Position numbers and translations under genes: made by a program. The notes under the pieces are model-generated. The model was not told the origin of the DNA, ran no database searches, and saw only the letters and a list, made by a program, of their open reading frames with translations. From Candidatus Adlerbacteria bacterium (GTDB taxonomy: Bacteria; Patescibacteriota; Minisyncoccia; Phycocordibacterales; SBAW01): 64,000 nucleotides of DNA. Numbering within the stretch: position 1 is the stretch's first letter; each line of letters starts with the position of its first letter. Positions 18,702-27,650 of the stretch are shown here, piece after piece. The stretch is from positions 12,898 through 76,897 of the forward strand of contig JAQBRA010000004.1 of the NCBI GenBank assembly GCA_028286685.1. The letters run 5' to 3'.

Positions 18702-19793
18702 ATGGACCTCATTACTGTACTGGTGGCCGTACTTATACTTTTGGCAGTCGGGATAATCGCCATGCTGTACCGCCTGCAAAAGGGCGCCCAGGCGCCCCAA
18801 GACAGCTCGTCGATGGTGCTTTTGCAGAACCAGCTCGCCGAGCTTACCCGCGCCATGGATAGCAAGTTGGGCGAGGGCACCAAGACCATGTCGGAGTTTA
18901 TGATGACCCAAACCGACCAGGGCCGCACGCTCATGGCCACCATTACCAAGCAGATCGGCGACCAATTGCTTGAGGTGGTCAAGGGAGTGGCTAAGACGGA
19001 AGAGTCCACCAAGCAGATATTTACCATTGCCGAGCAGCTCGGCAACCTCGAAAAGGTGCTCAAGAACCAGAAGCAGCGCGGCAACCTGGGCGAGGCCAGC
19101 CTCGAGCTGGTGATGAGCAATATCCTGCCGCCCGGAGCTTATCAGATGCAGTACGAGTTTCCGGGCGGTGAGACGGTAGACGCCATCATCCGCACCAAGG
19201 AGGGCTTTATCCCGGTTGATGCAAAGTTCCCGCTGGAGAACTATTCGCGCCTGCGCGACGAGAAGGACGATGTGCGCCGGGTGGAGTACGAGGAGGCGTT
19301 TAAGAAAGATCTTAAAAAGCGCATCGATGAAACTTCTAAGTATGTGCGCCCCAAGGACGGCACGCTGCCGTTTGCCTTTATGTACATCCCGGCCGAGGGT
19401 ATCTACTACGACCTTTTGAACGACGGGGTAGGGGCGGTAAATACCCGCAGCCTGCTCGATTATGCGCAGAACGACCGCAAGGTGATAATTGTCTCGCCCA
19501 CGACCTTTGCCGCGTACCTGCAGTCGGTCCTGTACGGCTTTAAGGCTTTTAAGATCGAGGAGCAGGCCAAAGACATCGCCAAGAACGTCGAGGCGCTGGG
19601 CCGGCACATTAATGCCTACCAGGACTACTATAAAAAGCTGGGTGCCTCGCTTAGTACCACGGTCAACCACTTTAACGCCGGCACCAAAGAGCTGGGCAAG
19701 ATCGAGAAGGATGTCCTGCGCATAGACGCTTCGGCCGAGATAGCCATAGACGTGCCCCTGCTCGACAAGCCTATTTTGGAGGGTAAAGATTAA
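18702..19793 (+). CDS. rmuC: DNA recombination protein RmuC
   Basis: N-terminal TM, coiled coil, KQRGNLGE, PVDAKFPLENY, FAFMYIPAEG, IVSPTT. Confidence 0.93.
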   Translation: MDLITVLVAVLILLAVGIIAMLYRLQKGAQAPQDSSSMVLLQNQLAELTRAMDSKLGEGTKTMSEFMMTQTDQGRTLMATITKQIGDQLLEVVKGVAKTEESTKQIFTIAEQLGNLEKVLKNQKQRGNLGEASLELVMSNILPPGAYQMQYEFPGGETVDAIIRTKEGFIPVDAKFPLENYSRLRDEKDDVRRVEYEEAFKKDLKKRIDETSKYVRPKDGTLPFAFMYIPAEGIYYDLLNDGVGAVNTRSLLDYAQNDRKVIIVSPTTFAAYLQSVLYGFKAFKIEEQAKDIAKNVEALGRHINAYQDYYKKLGASLSTTVNHFNAGTKELGKIEKDVLRIDASAEIAIDVPLLDKPILEGKD

Positions 19794-19820
19794 TGCCTCC
19801 CTGGGTAGGGAGGCATTTGG

Positions 19821-19988
19821 TCATTTGGGCCCCCAAATAATGAGGGCGAGGACGGCTATCGGCAAAAGGCAGATGGCCACCCCTGCAGCTTTGCGCACGA
19901 TCTTGTGGTGACGGTCGGGGTCTTTCCCCTCGGTCACTTCTTCGAGCCGGATTAGGTCGTCATGTCCGTATTGGCTAATATCAGTCAC
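19821..19988 (-). CDS. Unannotated 55-aa small membrane protein (MTDISQYGHDD...AVLALIIWGPK)
   Basis: GGAGGAG SD before GTG, C-terminal TM helix, ends at the hairpin 19792-19817; below the ORF-track cut-off. Confidence 0.5.
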   Translation of the reverse strand: MTDISQYGHDDLIRLEEVTEGKDPDRHHKIVRKAAGVAICLLPIAVLALIIWGPK

Positions 19989-20107
19989 GGCGTTCTCCTC
20001 CGCTGCTTCGGGCTATCGGGGCCTTGTTGGTCCCTTCTGGCATTATTCTTGCACAAATATGCCTTATGGGCTAGTATGTTTGGACGAGCCAGGGGCTCGT
20101 TTTCTAT

Positions 20108-20515
20108 ATGGCAACCACGAGCAAAAAACCGTCTAAAATCGCTAAAAAAGAGGCAACCGCTGCAAAGGCGGCCAAGGAGTTTGCTGTTATCCAAACCGGC
20201 GGCAAGCAGTACATGGTTTCCGAGGGCGATGTCGTCAAGATCGAGGCCATGAAGGGGGAGCTTACCGCCGAGGGCCGCGAGGTCTACAAGGTAGGCGACA
20301 AGCTCACCTTTGAGGAGGTCCTTTTGGTGGACAACGGCAAGGATACCTCTATCGGCGACCCGTTCATCAAGGGTGCGAAGGTTATGGCCGAGATCAAGAA
20401 GATCGATCGCGCCGCTAAGGTAACGGTCATCAAGTACAAGGCCAAGTCCAACTATTTCAAAAAGCGCGGCCATCGCCAGCCATTCTTCGAGGTCGTTATC
20501 ACCAAGCTCGCGTAA
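20108..20515 (+). CDS. rplU: 50S ribosomal protein L21
   Basis: FAVIQTGGKQYMV, KKRGHRQPF. Confidence 0.96.
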   Translation: MATTSKKPSKIAKKEATAAKAAKEFAVIQTGGKQYMVSEGDVVKIEAMKGELTAEGREVYKVGDKLTFEEVLLVDNGKDTSIGDPFIKGAKVMAEIKKIDRAAKVTVIKYKAKSNYFKKRGHRQPFFEVVITKLA

Positions 20516-20521
20516 GGTTTC

Positions 20522-20620
20522 GCAAAAGCAGGCTTGGCAGAGTACGGATAATTTTTTGCTAAAAATTTCCTCAAGCCTCGTGTCGTCACACTTGCGGAGC
20601 CTCTGCCAAACCTCTTTTGC
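20522..20620 (-). repeat. Structured element D (same family as A-C)
   Basis: Long terminal stem gcaaaag..ggcagag; on the minus strand CGCA-gtgt-GACG-acac-GAG and aattttt-AGCA-aaaaatt. Confidence 0.7.
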
Positions 20621-20628
20621 TCCGCACG

Positions 20629-20657
20629 AAAAATCCCGCCTTAGAGGCGGGATTTTT
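20629..20657. terminator. Bidirectional intrinsic terminator between rplU and recR
   Basis: aaaaatcccgcc-ttaga-ggcgggattttt. Confidence 0.85.
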
Positions 20658-20660
20658 CAA

Positions 20661-20772
20661 AGGCAGTACAAAACAAGTTGAGGCGAGCATTTCGCAGGCC
20701 GACTGGGCCGAGAATAGCAAATTTCCAGCAGGAAATTATGTGCGCGAGACGAGACTTGGTTTTGTACTGCCT
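20661..20772 (+). repeat. Structured element C (same family)
   Basis: Terminal IR aggcagtacaaaacaagt / acttggttttgtactgcct; CGCA-ggcc-GACTG-ggcc-GAG and aatttcc-AGCA-ggaaatt. Confidence 0.7.
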
Positions 20773-21388
20773 AGTGCCTATTGCCCAAGGCCTGGGCGAT
20801 CGTGTCCGGGTCGGCGTATTCGAGCTCGGAGCCGGTTGAGAGACCGCGGCCCAGGGAGGACACGCGGAAGTTGAGGCCTTCTGAAAGCGGCCGGAGCTTC
20901 TCCATTAAGATTTCGCGGGTGTGGTCGCCCTCGGTAGTGGCTGATAGGCCCAAAATAAGCTCGTTTAAGAGGAGCTGCGAGGCGTCTTCCTCGACGCGGC
21001 GCATAAGTTCGCGGATGCGGACGAACTTCTCGGGCTCTTCAGTCGCCAGGGCGATAGTGCCGCCCAGCACAAAATACATGCCCCTAAAGCCCGAGCGCTC
21101 CACATTTTCTATATCGGCGTCTTTCTCAACCACAAACAGTATCGCCGCCTCGCGCGCGGGGTTGGCGCATATGGAGCAGAGCTCGCCTGCGGAGGAGTTC
21201 TTGGCATACCAGCGGTAGCATTTGACGCACTGGCGACTGTCGGCGCCGAGGCGCTTGATAAGGTCGGCAAGCTCGGTGCGCACGCCGGGGCTCGTGGAAA
21301 GCAGGTACTGCACGAAGCGCCGGGCCTGCCGAGGCCCGATGCCGGGTAATTTCTCAAATAGGGCGGCAAGCCGGCTTATTGAATCCAT
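20771..21388 (-). CDS. recR: Recombination mediator RecR
   Basis: LPGIGPRQA.R, CxxC..CxxC, YFVLGG, EGDHT, GSELEYAD. Confidence 0.95.
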   Translation of the reverse strand: MDSISRLAALFEKLPGIGPRQARRFVQYLLSTSPGVRTELADLIKRLGADSRQCVKCYRWYAKNSSAGELCSICANPAREAAILFVVEKDADIENVERSGFRGMYFVLGGTIALATEEPEKFVRIRELMRRVEEDASQLLLNELILGLSATTEGDHTREILMEKLRPLSEGLNFRVSSLGRGLSTGSELEYADPDTIAQALGNRH

Positions 21389-21390
21389 AT

Positions 21391-22776
21391 CTAAAACGCG
21401 TCGAGCGAGCTTGATGAATCAAAGGCGCCGAAATCGGTCTTCTCCAGCGAGCGGAAGGTGGTGCGCTTGTCGTCAAAGTAGAGTTCGACCATGCCTACCG
21501 GGCCGTTGCGGTGCTTCTCGATCATGATCTCGGCGATATTGGGGCGCTCGCTCTCCTTGTTGAGCTTGTCGTCGCGGTGGATAAACATAACGACGTCGGC
21601 GTCCTGCTCGATCGAGCCCGAGTCGCGCAGGTCCGAGAGGCGCGGCTTGCCGCCGCGCTGTTCCACGGCGCGCGAGAGCTGCGAGAGGGCCAAAACCGGC
21701 ACGTCGAGCTCGCGAGCAAGCTGCTTGAGCGAGCGGGAGATTTCGGTTACCTGCTGCACGAGGTTGTCGTTGTTGCGCGACTGGGTGGGCACCATGAGCT
21801 GCAGGTAGTCGACGATGATGAGACCGAGCCCGTGCTCTTTCTTAAGTCTTCGGGCGGTGGCGCGCATCTTAAGGATGTTCTGCGCCGGCTCGTCGCTGAT
21901 AAATATAGGCGCCTGGCCCAACAGGTCGTAGGTCTCGCGGATCCGGTCCCAATCGTCCTGCTCCTTAATATTGCCGGTGCGCAGGTTCCAGGAGTTGACC
22001 CCGGCCTGCGCCGCCACCATGCGGTCTATAAGCTGCTGGGCGGCCATCTCGAGGCTGAATATGCCCACGACCGCCTTGTGCTCCACCGCTGCCTTGCGGG
22101 CGATGTCGAGCGCGAGCGCCGTCTTTCCCATGGAGGGGCGAGCCGCCAAAATGATGAGATCGGACTTCTGGAAGCCGGCCAGGAGGTTGTCCAGATCCTT
22201 AAAGCCGGTACGCACGCCGCGCACCTCGTCCTTGTGCTCATGGAGGTACTCCAGGCGCTGCCAAGCCTCCTTGAGCGAGTCGCCGAGCGCCATGAATTTG
22301 CTCATGGTCGGGGTCTGGGTGACCTCGTAAACCTTCTTCTCGGCCTTGTCCAAGGTCTCGTCGAGCTCGGACGACTCGTCGTAGCCGAGCTCGGCCACGA
22401 ACTCGCCGGCGTCTATAAGCCCGCGCAGCATGTGCTTTTTCTGCACCTGGCCTGCGTAGTGGCGTGCGTTGGAGGCCGCGGGCACGTCGGCTGCGAGTTC
22501 GGCCAAGTAAGCGAGGCCGCCGATGCCGTCGAGCTGCCCGTCGTCTGAGAGCCTCGCGCGCACCGACTCGATATCGATAGGCTCGTTCTTAGAATAGAGC
22601 GCCAGCATGGCGCGGTAAATCATCCGGTGCTTCTCTGCGTAGAAAGCGTCAGGGGAAACCAGGTCGCTGCTCTCGACCATGCCCTCGGGGCGTATCATAA
22701 GGGCGCCTAAGAAAGCTTTCTCGCTTTCCAGTGTCTGCGGAGGCATCCGCAATCCGTCTCGTTTGCCCTTGGTCAT
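21391..22776 (-). CDS. dnaB: Replicative DNA helicase DnaB
   Basis: AARPSMGKT, FSLEM, IIVDYLQL, LSQLSRAVE, DLRDSGSIEQDAD, KHRNGP; no intein. Confidence 0.97.
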   Translation of the reverse strand: MTKGKRDGLRMPPQTLESEKAFLGALMIRPEGMVESSDLVSPDAFYAEKHRMIYRAMLALYSKNEPIDIESVRARLSDDGQLDGIGGLAYLAELAADVPAASNARHYAGQVQKKHMLRGLIDAGEFVAELGYDESSELDETLDKAEKKVYEVTQTPTMSKFMALGDSLKEAWQRLEYLHEHKDEVRGVRTGFKDLDNLLAGFQKSDLIILAARPSMGKTALALDIARKAAVEHKAVVGIFSLEMAAQQLIDRMVAAQAGVNSWNLRTGNIKEQDDWDRIRETYDLLGQAPIFISDEPAQNILKMRATARRLKKEHGLGLIIVDYLQLMVPTQSRNNDNLVQQVTEISRSLKQLARELDVPVLALSQLSRAVEQRGGKPRLSDLRDSGSIEQDADVVMFIHRDDKLNKESERPNIAEIMIEKHRNGPVGMVELYFDDKRTTFRSLEKTDFGAFDSSSSLDAF

Positions 22777-22876
22777 ATCCCCAAGTGTACCTCTCTAGGG
22801 GTAGGGGTCCAAATGTGGCCATTGAGGGGACAAAAAGGGGATAAAAAGCAAATTGCTTTGCTTTTTATCCGGTGCC

Positions 22877-24337
22877 TTATTTCTTGGTCACTTTCTGGCC
22901 GCCCGGGGCGTCTTTGACCTCGAAGCCCTTCTTGGCTATTTGGGCGCGCAAGTCGTCCGATTTTTTGAAATCCTTATTGGTGCGGGCCTCCTCGCGTGCG
23001 GCAATGAGCCGCTGCACGTCCTCCGGCAGGTCGTCTACCGATATGACCGACACGCGCGCCACGGGGCCGCTGTCGCCCAGGCCCAGGCCTAATATTTTAT
23101 CGGCCTCGGCCAAAGAAGCGCGCTTGACCGCAGGGATAATTGCCGGGTCGCGCAGAAGCTCCCAGACGCGAGCCAGTGCCTGCGGCGTATTGAGATCATC
23201 GGCTATGGCGGCATAAAAATCCTTCAAGAATGTCTCGTCCGGCCGCATCTGAGACGGCGGGAGCTCCAAGTACGCGCGCACAAGTCGGCCGTAGGCGGTA
23301 TTGGCGCCCTCGACGGCGTCCCAGGTGAAGTTCATTGGCGTTCGGTAGTGCCCGTTTAGGAACCAATACCGCAGCGCGCGCGCCGAAAGCCCTTTGTCGG
23401 TCAGGTTATGCAGGTAGATTGTGTTGCGCAGCGACTTGGAGACTTTCTTGTCCTCTATGGTAATGAATTCGCCATGCATCCAGTAGCGCACGAATGGCTT
23501 GCCGGTCGCGGCTTCGGCCTGTGCCAGCTCGTTGTTGTGATGGATTGCGATATGGTCGATGCCGCCCGTGTGGATATCGATCTGCTTGCCCAGCAGCTTG
23601 AAGATCATGGCGACGCACTCGGTGTGCCAGCCGGGGAAGCCGAGACCCCACGGGCTCTCCCAGCCGAGCTTTTTGTCAGACTTCCACAGCACGAAGTCTG
23701 CCGGATGGCGCTTGTTGGTGTTGACCTCGAGCCGGGCGCCCGCCTCTTGGGCCTCAATATCCTGGTCGCCTAGCTTGCCGTAGCCCGGGAAGCGCGAAGT
23801 GTCGTAATACACGCCATCTTCGAGCCGGTAGGCATAGCCCTTCTGCTCGAGGGTTTTTATAACCGCTATCTGCTCGGGTATGTAGTCGCTCGCCCGCGGG
23901 AAGCGGATATGCTCGACGTCGAGGCCCAGCTCGCCGATGTCCTTAAAGAACGACTCCGCGTAGCGCTCGGCAAGCTTGCGCATATTGGCCATGGTGACCC
24001 GCAAGCCTTCGCGCTTGAGGCCCTTGGTCATCTTGTCCTCGCCTTCGTCGGCATCGGACACTAGGTGGCCGAAGTCAGTGATATTGATGACCTGCTGGAC
24101 CTTGTAGCCCCACGCATGGAGGCTCCGGCGTATCGTGTCGGCAAATACATAGGCGCGCAGGTTGCCGATATGCACGAAGTCATACACGGTCGGCCCGCAG
24201 TTATACATCTTGACCGCCGAGCCCATGGGCTTGAACTCCTCAAGCTCGCCCGAGAGCGTATTGCGCAGCATAAGGGGCGGCAGGTTCTTTTGCTTGGCCG
24301 CTGAGCGGCCGGGTCTTAAAAATTTCAGCAGATTCAT
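22877..24337 (-). CDS. cysS: Cysteine--tRNA ligase
   Basis: CGPTVYD..HIGN, DFVLWK, PGWHTEC, DIHTGGIDH..HHNNE, KVSKS. Confidence 0.96.
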   Translation of the reverse strand: MNLLKFLRPGRSAAKQKNLPPLMLRNTLSGELEEFKPMGSAVKMYNCGPTVYDFVHIGNLRAYVFADTIRRSLHAWGYKVQQVINITDFGHLVSDADEGEDKMTKGLKREGLRVTMANMRKLAERYAESFFKDIGELGLDVEHIRFPRASDYIPEQIAVIKTLEQKGYAYRLEDGVYYDTSRFPGYGKLGDQDIEAQEAGARLEVNTNKRHPADFVLWKSDKKLGWESPWGLGFPGWHTECVAMIFKLLGKQIDIHTGGIDHIAIHHNNELAQAEAATGKPFVRYWMHGEFITIEDKKVSKSLRNTIYLHNLTDKGLSARALRYWFLNGHYRTPMNFTWDAVEGANTAYGRLVRAYLELPPSQMRPDETFLKDFYAAIADDLNTPQALARVWELLRDPAIIPAVKRASLAEADKILGLGLGDSGPVARVSVISVDDLPEDVQRLIAAREEARTNKDFKKSDDLRAQIAKKGFEVKDAPGGQKVTKK

Positions 24338-24350
24338 TTGGTATGGGGTG

Positions 24351-25262
24351 TTATATCCAGTCTTTGTGTTTAAAGTATCCGATGCAGCAAAGGGCGATTA
24401 TACACATGCCGCCGACCAGTATCCAAAAATCGTACGCGCTCCCGGCGATGGGGTTATTGACCGTATTCATGCCGAAGAGGCCCGCAATAAAGGAGAGCGG
24501 CAAGAAGGTAAATGCCAGGACGGTAAACGTCTTCATGATCTCGTTTTGCTTGGTGTTAAGCAGCGAGTCGTTAGTGGCGCGCAGCTCGCTTAGGGAATCG
24601 CGCAGGCTCTCGACCGTGCGCTCGACGCGGGCGCGGGCGCCCTCGACCTCGCGCAGGTGGTAGCTGTATTCGGGGCCCAAGAGGCGATGGGCAAGAGGCT
24701 CCATAGAGGAAAGCATTTCCTTGTGCGGAGCAATCGCGCGGCGGAAGTCGTACAAGACGCGGGCTACGGCCGAGAGCTCGAACACCATGCGGCGCTCATC
24801 GCCTTTGAATATCCGCGCCTCGATCTCTTCCAGCCGTTCGTGCATCAGCTCGCACTCGCTATCAAGCGAGCGGTAGATGCTCCCGATCATCGCCGCAAAG
24901 AGGTGCCCGCCGTGGCTGTGGTTCGGGTGGCCGATCAGGGTCCGCGCCTCGAACGCCCGGGCAAACGAGTGCAAGGGGTCGATATTCTCGTAGCGGGTGG
25001 TAATCAGGAACTTCTTGCCGATGATAAAGTCTACTTCCTGCTCGGGCCGGCGGTTGAGCCCGAGCCGGAGCGTAGGGAAGTGGAATATGACGTAAAGGGT
25101 TTCGCCCACGCGCTCCATCTTGGACTTATAAGAGGTGGAGAGGAGTTCTTGCGCCACTTTGGGCTCGATATCGAACTCCTGCATAAGATCGCGCACCTCG
25201 CCTGGCGTGGGTGCAACCAAATCTATCCACGTCAAATCGCGCTCCTGGTACCGCGTCAGCAT
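24351..25262 (-). CDS. corA: CorA-family Mg2+/Co2+ transporter
   Basis: WIDL..PT, NEIMKTFT, FLPLSFIAGLFGMN, two C-terminal TM helices. Confidence 0.9.
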   Translation of the reverse strand: MLTRYQERDLTWIDLVAPTPGEVRDLMQEFDIEPKVAQELLSTSYKSKMERVGETLYVIFHFPTLRLGLNRRPEQEVDFIIGKKFLITTRYENIDPLHSFARAFEARTLIGHPNHSHGGHLFAAMIGSIYRSLDSECELMHERLEEIEARIFKGDERRMVFELSAVARVLYDFRRAIAPHKEMLSSMEPLAHRLLGPEYSYHLREVEGARARVERTVESLRDSLSELRATNDSLLNTKQNEIMKTFTVLAFTFLPLSFIAGLFGMNTVNNPIAGSAYDFWILVGGMCIIALCCIGYFKHKDWI

Positions 25263-25297
25263 GAAAAAATTATACCACCCCAATTAGGTGTTCGCGC

Positions 25298-26083
25298 TTA
25301 GTGAGCGAGGACAAACGCGCGCGTTGCAGGGCCAAAGCGGCCGGCGGCCGGCATGATGCTATTGAGCGCTTGGAGCTTGGCGAGAGCCGCCTTAGTAGCG
25401 GGGCCGAAGTACGCGGTTTCGTTTCCGGCAGAGCCTCCGCCCGAGGCGGCCACGGCAAAGCCGTGCGTGTTGAGGTAGTGCTGGAGCGCGCGCACGTCCT
25501 CGCCGGTCATGCCGAGCTCGAGATCGCGGGAAAACGCAGAGGATGCCGCGGACGAGCCGGTTGCGGAAGCGGGGGCGGCAAGGGCGCTTGTCCCCGCCAC
25601 AGAGGCGCGCGTCAGGGGGCCAAAGTAACCGATCGCGGGCGCAATGCCTTTTGTCGCCTGGTACCGGGCAAGAGCCGCTTGCGTTGCGGGGCCGAAGTAG
25701 TCGGTCTCGTGCCCGGTTGATCCTGCGCCGCTCACTGCCACAGCAAAGCTGCTTGAGTTTAAAAATTGCTGGAGCCGGCGCACGTCCTCGCCCGTGCTGC
25801 CCAGCTGAAGGTCGCGGGAGAAGGGGAGCGAAGCAGTGGGAGTAGCAGCGCCCGGCTCAGTCCCGGAAATGACCACCGGCGTTTGGCGCATGAGTATGTT
25901 CCCGCCCGAGGTGTTGTCTGGGGATGTGGTAGCGGTTGGATTCGTAGAAGCCGCCGCTGCGGCGCAGCCGCCATAGAGAGACGCTCCGTACGCGCAGTTT
26001 CCATACGTGCTTGCGGCATGCACCCAAGGAGCGGCGCTGCATGCCAGAACGGCGAAAGCCGCCAGGAAAAGTTTGCTACGCAT
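25298..26083 (-). CDS. Secreted protein with two peptidoglycan-binding (PG_binding_1) domains
   Basis: Signal peptide; two repeats FSRDL.LG.TGEDVR.LQ..LN...YFGPAT.AALA..Q; N-terminal YG repeats. Confidence 0.85.
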   Translation of the reverse strand: MRSKLFLAAFAVLACSAAPWVHAASTYGNCAYGASLYGGCAAAAASTNPTATTSPDNTSGGNILMRQTPVVISGTEPGAATPTASLPFSRDLQLGSTGEDVRRLQQFLNSSSFAVAVSGAGSTGHETDYFGPATQAALARYQATKGIAPAIGYFGPLTRASVAGTSALAAPASATGSSAASSAFSRDLELGMTGEDVRALQHYLNTHGFAVAASGGGSAGNETAYFGPATKAALAKLQALNSIMPAAGRFGPATRAFVLAH

Positions 26084-26261
26084 GCTTGCCGCCGTAAGTG
26101 CTCTTTCCGTAGGATTGGCTATCTTGGGACAGTACCTTTCCCGGCAAAACCGCGCTTGCTGTATCGGTCATGCTTGCAAATTTCAATGCGACGGCGGCTG
26201 CGGCCATGCCGCCCAGCGCTCCCAGGAATTCTCCTCTGGTTATTTTCTTATCGCTATTCAT
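26076..26261 (-). CDS. Small protein with a Tat-like signal (ITRGEFL)
   Basis: T-R-x-x-F-L plus hydrophobic h-region; lies between tatC and the PG-binding gene and overlaps the latter's start. Confidence 0.6.
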   Translation of the reverse strand: MNSDKKITRGEFLGALGGMAAAAVALKFASMTDTASAVLPGKVLSQDSQSYGKSTYGGKHA

Positions 26262-26290
26262 ACAAGATGGTTGTGCTGCTAACTCGTTCC

Positions 26291-27007
26291 TTAATTATAC
26301 ATTTTTTTCGCGAAAGCTATCCCCACTTCCGTGAGGAGCATAGCTGGAACGGATACGAGCATGAGCATCACAGGATCGGTCGTGGGGGTCAAAATTGCCA
26401 AGATAATGAGAATCCCCAGAAATACCAGGCGCCGCTGCCGGGCTAAGGCATACGGGTTAAGAATGCGGATATAGGAGAGCGCGATGATGATTATGGGGAG
26501 CTCCAGTACCAAGAATGAGACCGTCATGGTCATAAGGACGAAGCTGACGTAGCTTTCTGCGGTGAGCATGTAGGTCGTTCCGGGGACGACGAAGTGCGAC
26601 AGCGCCTCAAGGCTCATCGGAACCAGGTACCGGTAGGACAAAGCGATCGATGCGAGCCCCAGGATTCCTGCGGCCGCGACGAAAGCGTAAAAGAGGCTCC
26701 GTTTGCGCGCAGAGAGAGCCTCGCCGACAAAATGCGACAGCAGGGCGAGCCATACCGGCAAGGACACCACGAAGGCGCCCATAAAGGCAACCTTCATCTC
26801 AAACAGGAAAGGGCCGAGCGGCGAGAGGAACACCAAGGTCTTCCCATTAAGCGGCCGCAGGAGATACTGGAGCAAGAGAGTCTCGCCGTACAGGAGCAGC
26901 ACGGTGGCGCTTACTATAAAAAACAGCCCGCCCCCTAGCAGATACCGACGCAGCGCAAGCGCATGCTCCCAAAAGTTCAGAAGTTTAGCTTCGGACCCTG
27001 CGTCCAT
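26291..27007 (-). CDS. tatC: Twin-arginine translocase TatC
   Basis: FWEH...LR, FLSP..PF, ELPII, RR, AILTPTTDP, PAMLLTEVG; about six TM helices. Confidence 0.9.
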   Translation of the reverse strand: MDAGSEAKLLNFWEHALALRRYLLGGGLFFIVSATVLLLYGETLLLQYLLRPLNGKTLVFLSPLGPFLFEMKVAFMGAFVVSLPVWLALLSHFVGEALSARKRSLFYAFVAAAGILGLASIALSYRYLVPMSLEALSHFVVPGTTYMLTAESYVSFVLMTMTVSFLVLELPIIIIALSYIRILNPYALARQRRLVFLGILIILAILTPTTDPVMLMLVSVPAMLLTEVGIAFAKKMYN

Positions 27008-27184
27008 TTAAGATTTCTTGCCCGAGTCCTTGTCTTTGGATCCATCGGAAAAGCTGCTCTTGAGCTCCTTAAACGACTGCCCGATGCTCTTGGCAAGCCC
27101 GGGGAGCTTATCTTTGCCAAAGAAAAGGAGGAGCACAAAAAGGATGAGGATGATTTCCGGGGTGCCCAATCCAAATAGGTTCAT
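27008..27184 (-). CDS. tatA: Twin-arginine translocase TatA (58 aa, not in the ORF track)
   Basis: Manual translation MNLFGLGTPEIILILFVLLLFFGKDKLPGLAKSIGQSFKELKSSF... Confidence 0.9.
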   Translation of the reverse strand: MNLFGLGTPEIILILFVLLLFFGKDKLPGLAKSIGQSFKELKSSFSDGSKDKDSGKKS

Positions 27185-27266
27185 GGCATAAGTATACCCC
27201 CAAAAGGGGTATTGTTGTCCACCTTATCTGAAGTTGCCTATGGCGCTCCTGTATAATAAAACTCCT

Positions 27267-27647
27267 ATGGCGCGACTACCAACACCTGGCAGCGACGAGG
27301 GTACGTGGGGGGATACCCTTAACGAATTCTTGTCAGTCGGGCACGATGCAGCGGGGCTCAATGCAGGTCCCTTGTCTGAAAACGTAAAATCCGCGGATTA
27401 CACGCTCGCGCCTGCAGATAGCGGCAAGCGCTTCGTGGCGGCTGCGGCTCTTACTATTACGGTCCCGACGGTCGGCACTTTGGGCAATGGGTTCGAGTGC
27501 GAGGTCGTCAACGACAGCGGCGGCTCGGTTACCCTTAACGGCCCCGGCTCGACCAACGTTACCCTGACCGACGGCGAGATCGCCACTATTCTTGAAGTAA
27601 ACGGAAAGCAGCGCGTCGCATTCGGCAGCAGCACGGTCATTTCCTAA
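27267..27647 (+). CDS. Small protein with the CPR-type N-terminal RLPTPGSDEGTWGDTLNEFL motif
   Basis: TATAAT just upstream; beta-rich fibre-like C-terminal half. Confidence 0.75.
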   Translation: MARLPTPGSDEGTWGDTLNEFLSVGHDAAGLNAGPLSENVKSADYTLAPADSGKRFVAAAALTITVPTVGTLGNGFECEVVNDSGGSVTLNGPGSTNVTLTDGEIATILEVNGKQRVAFGSSTVIS

Positions 27648-27650
27648 CCT

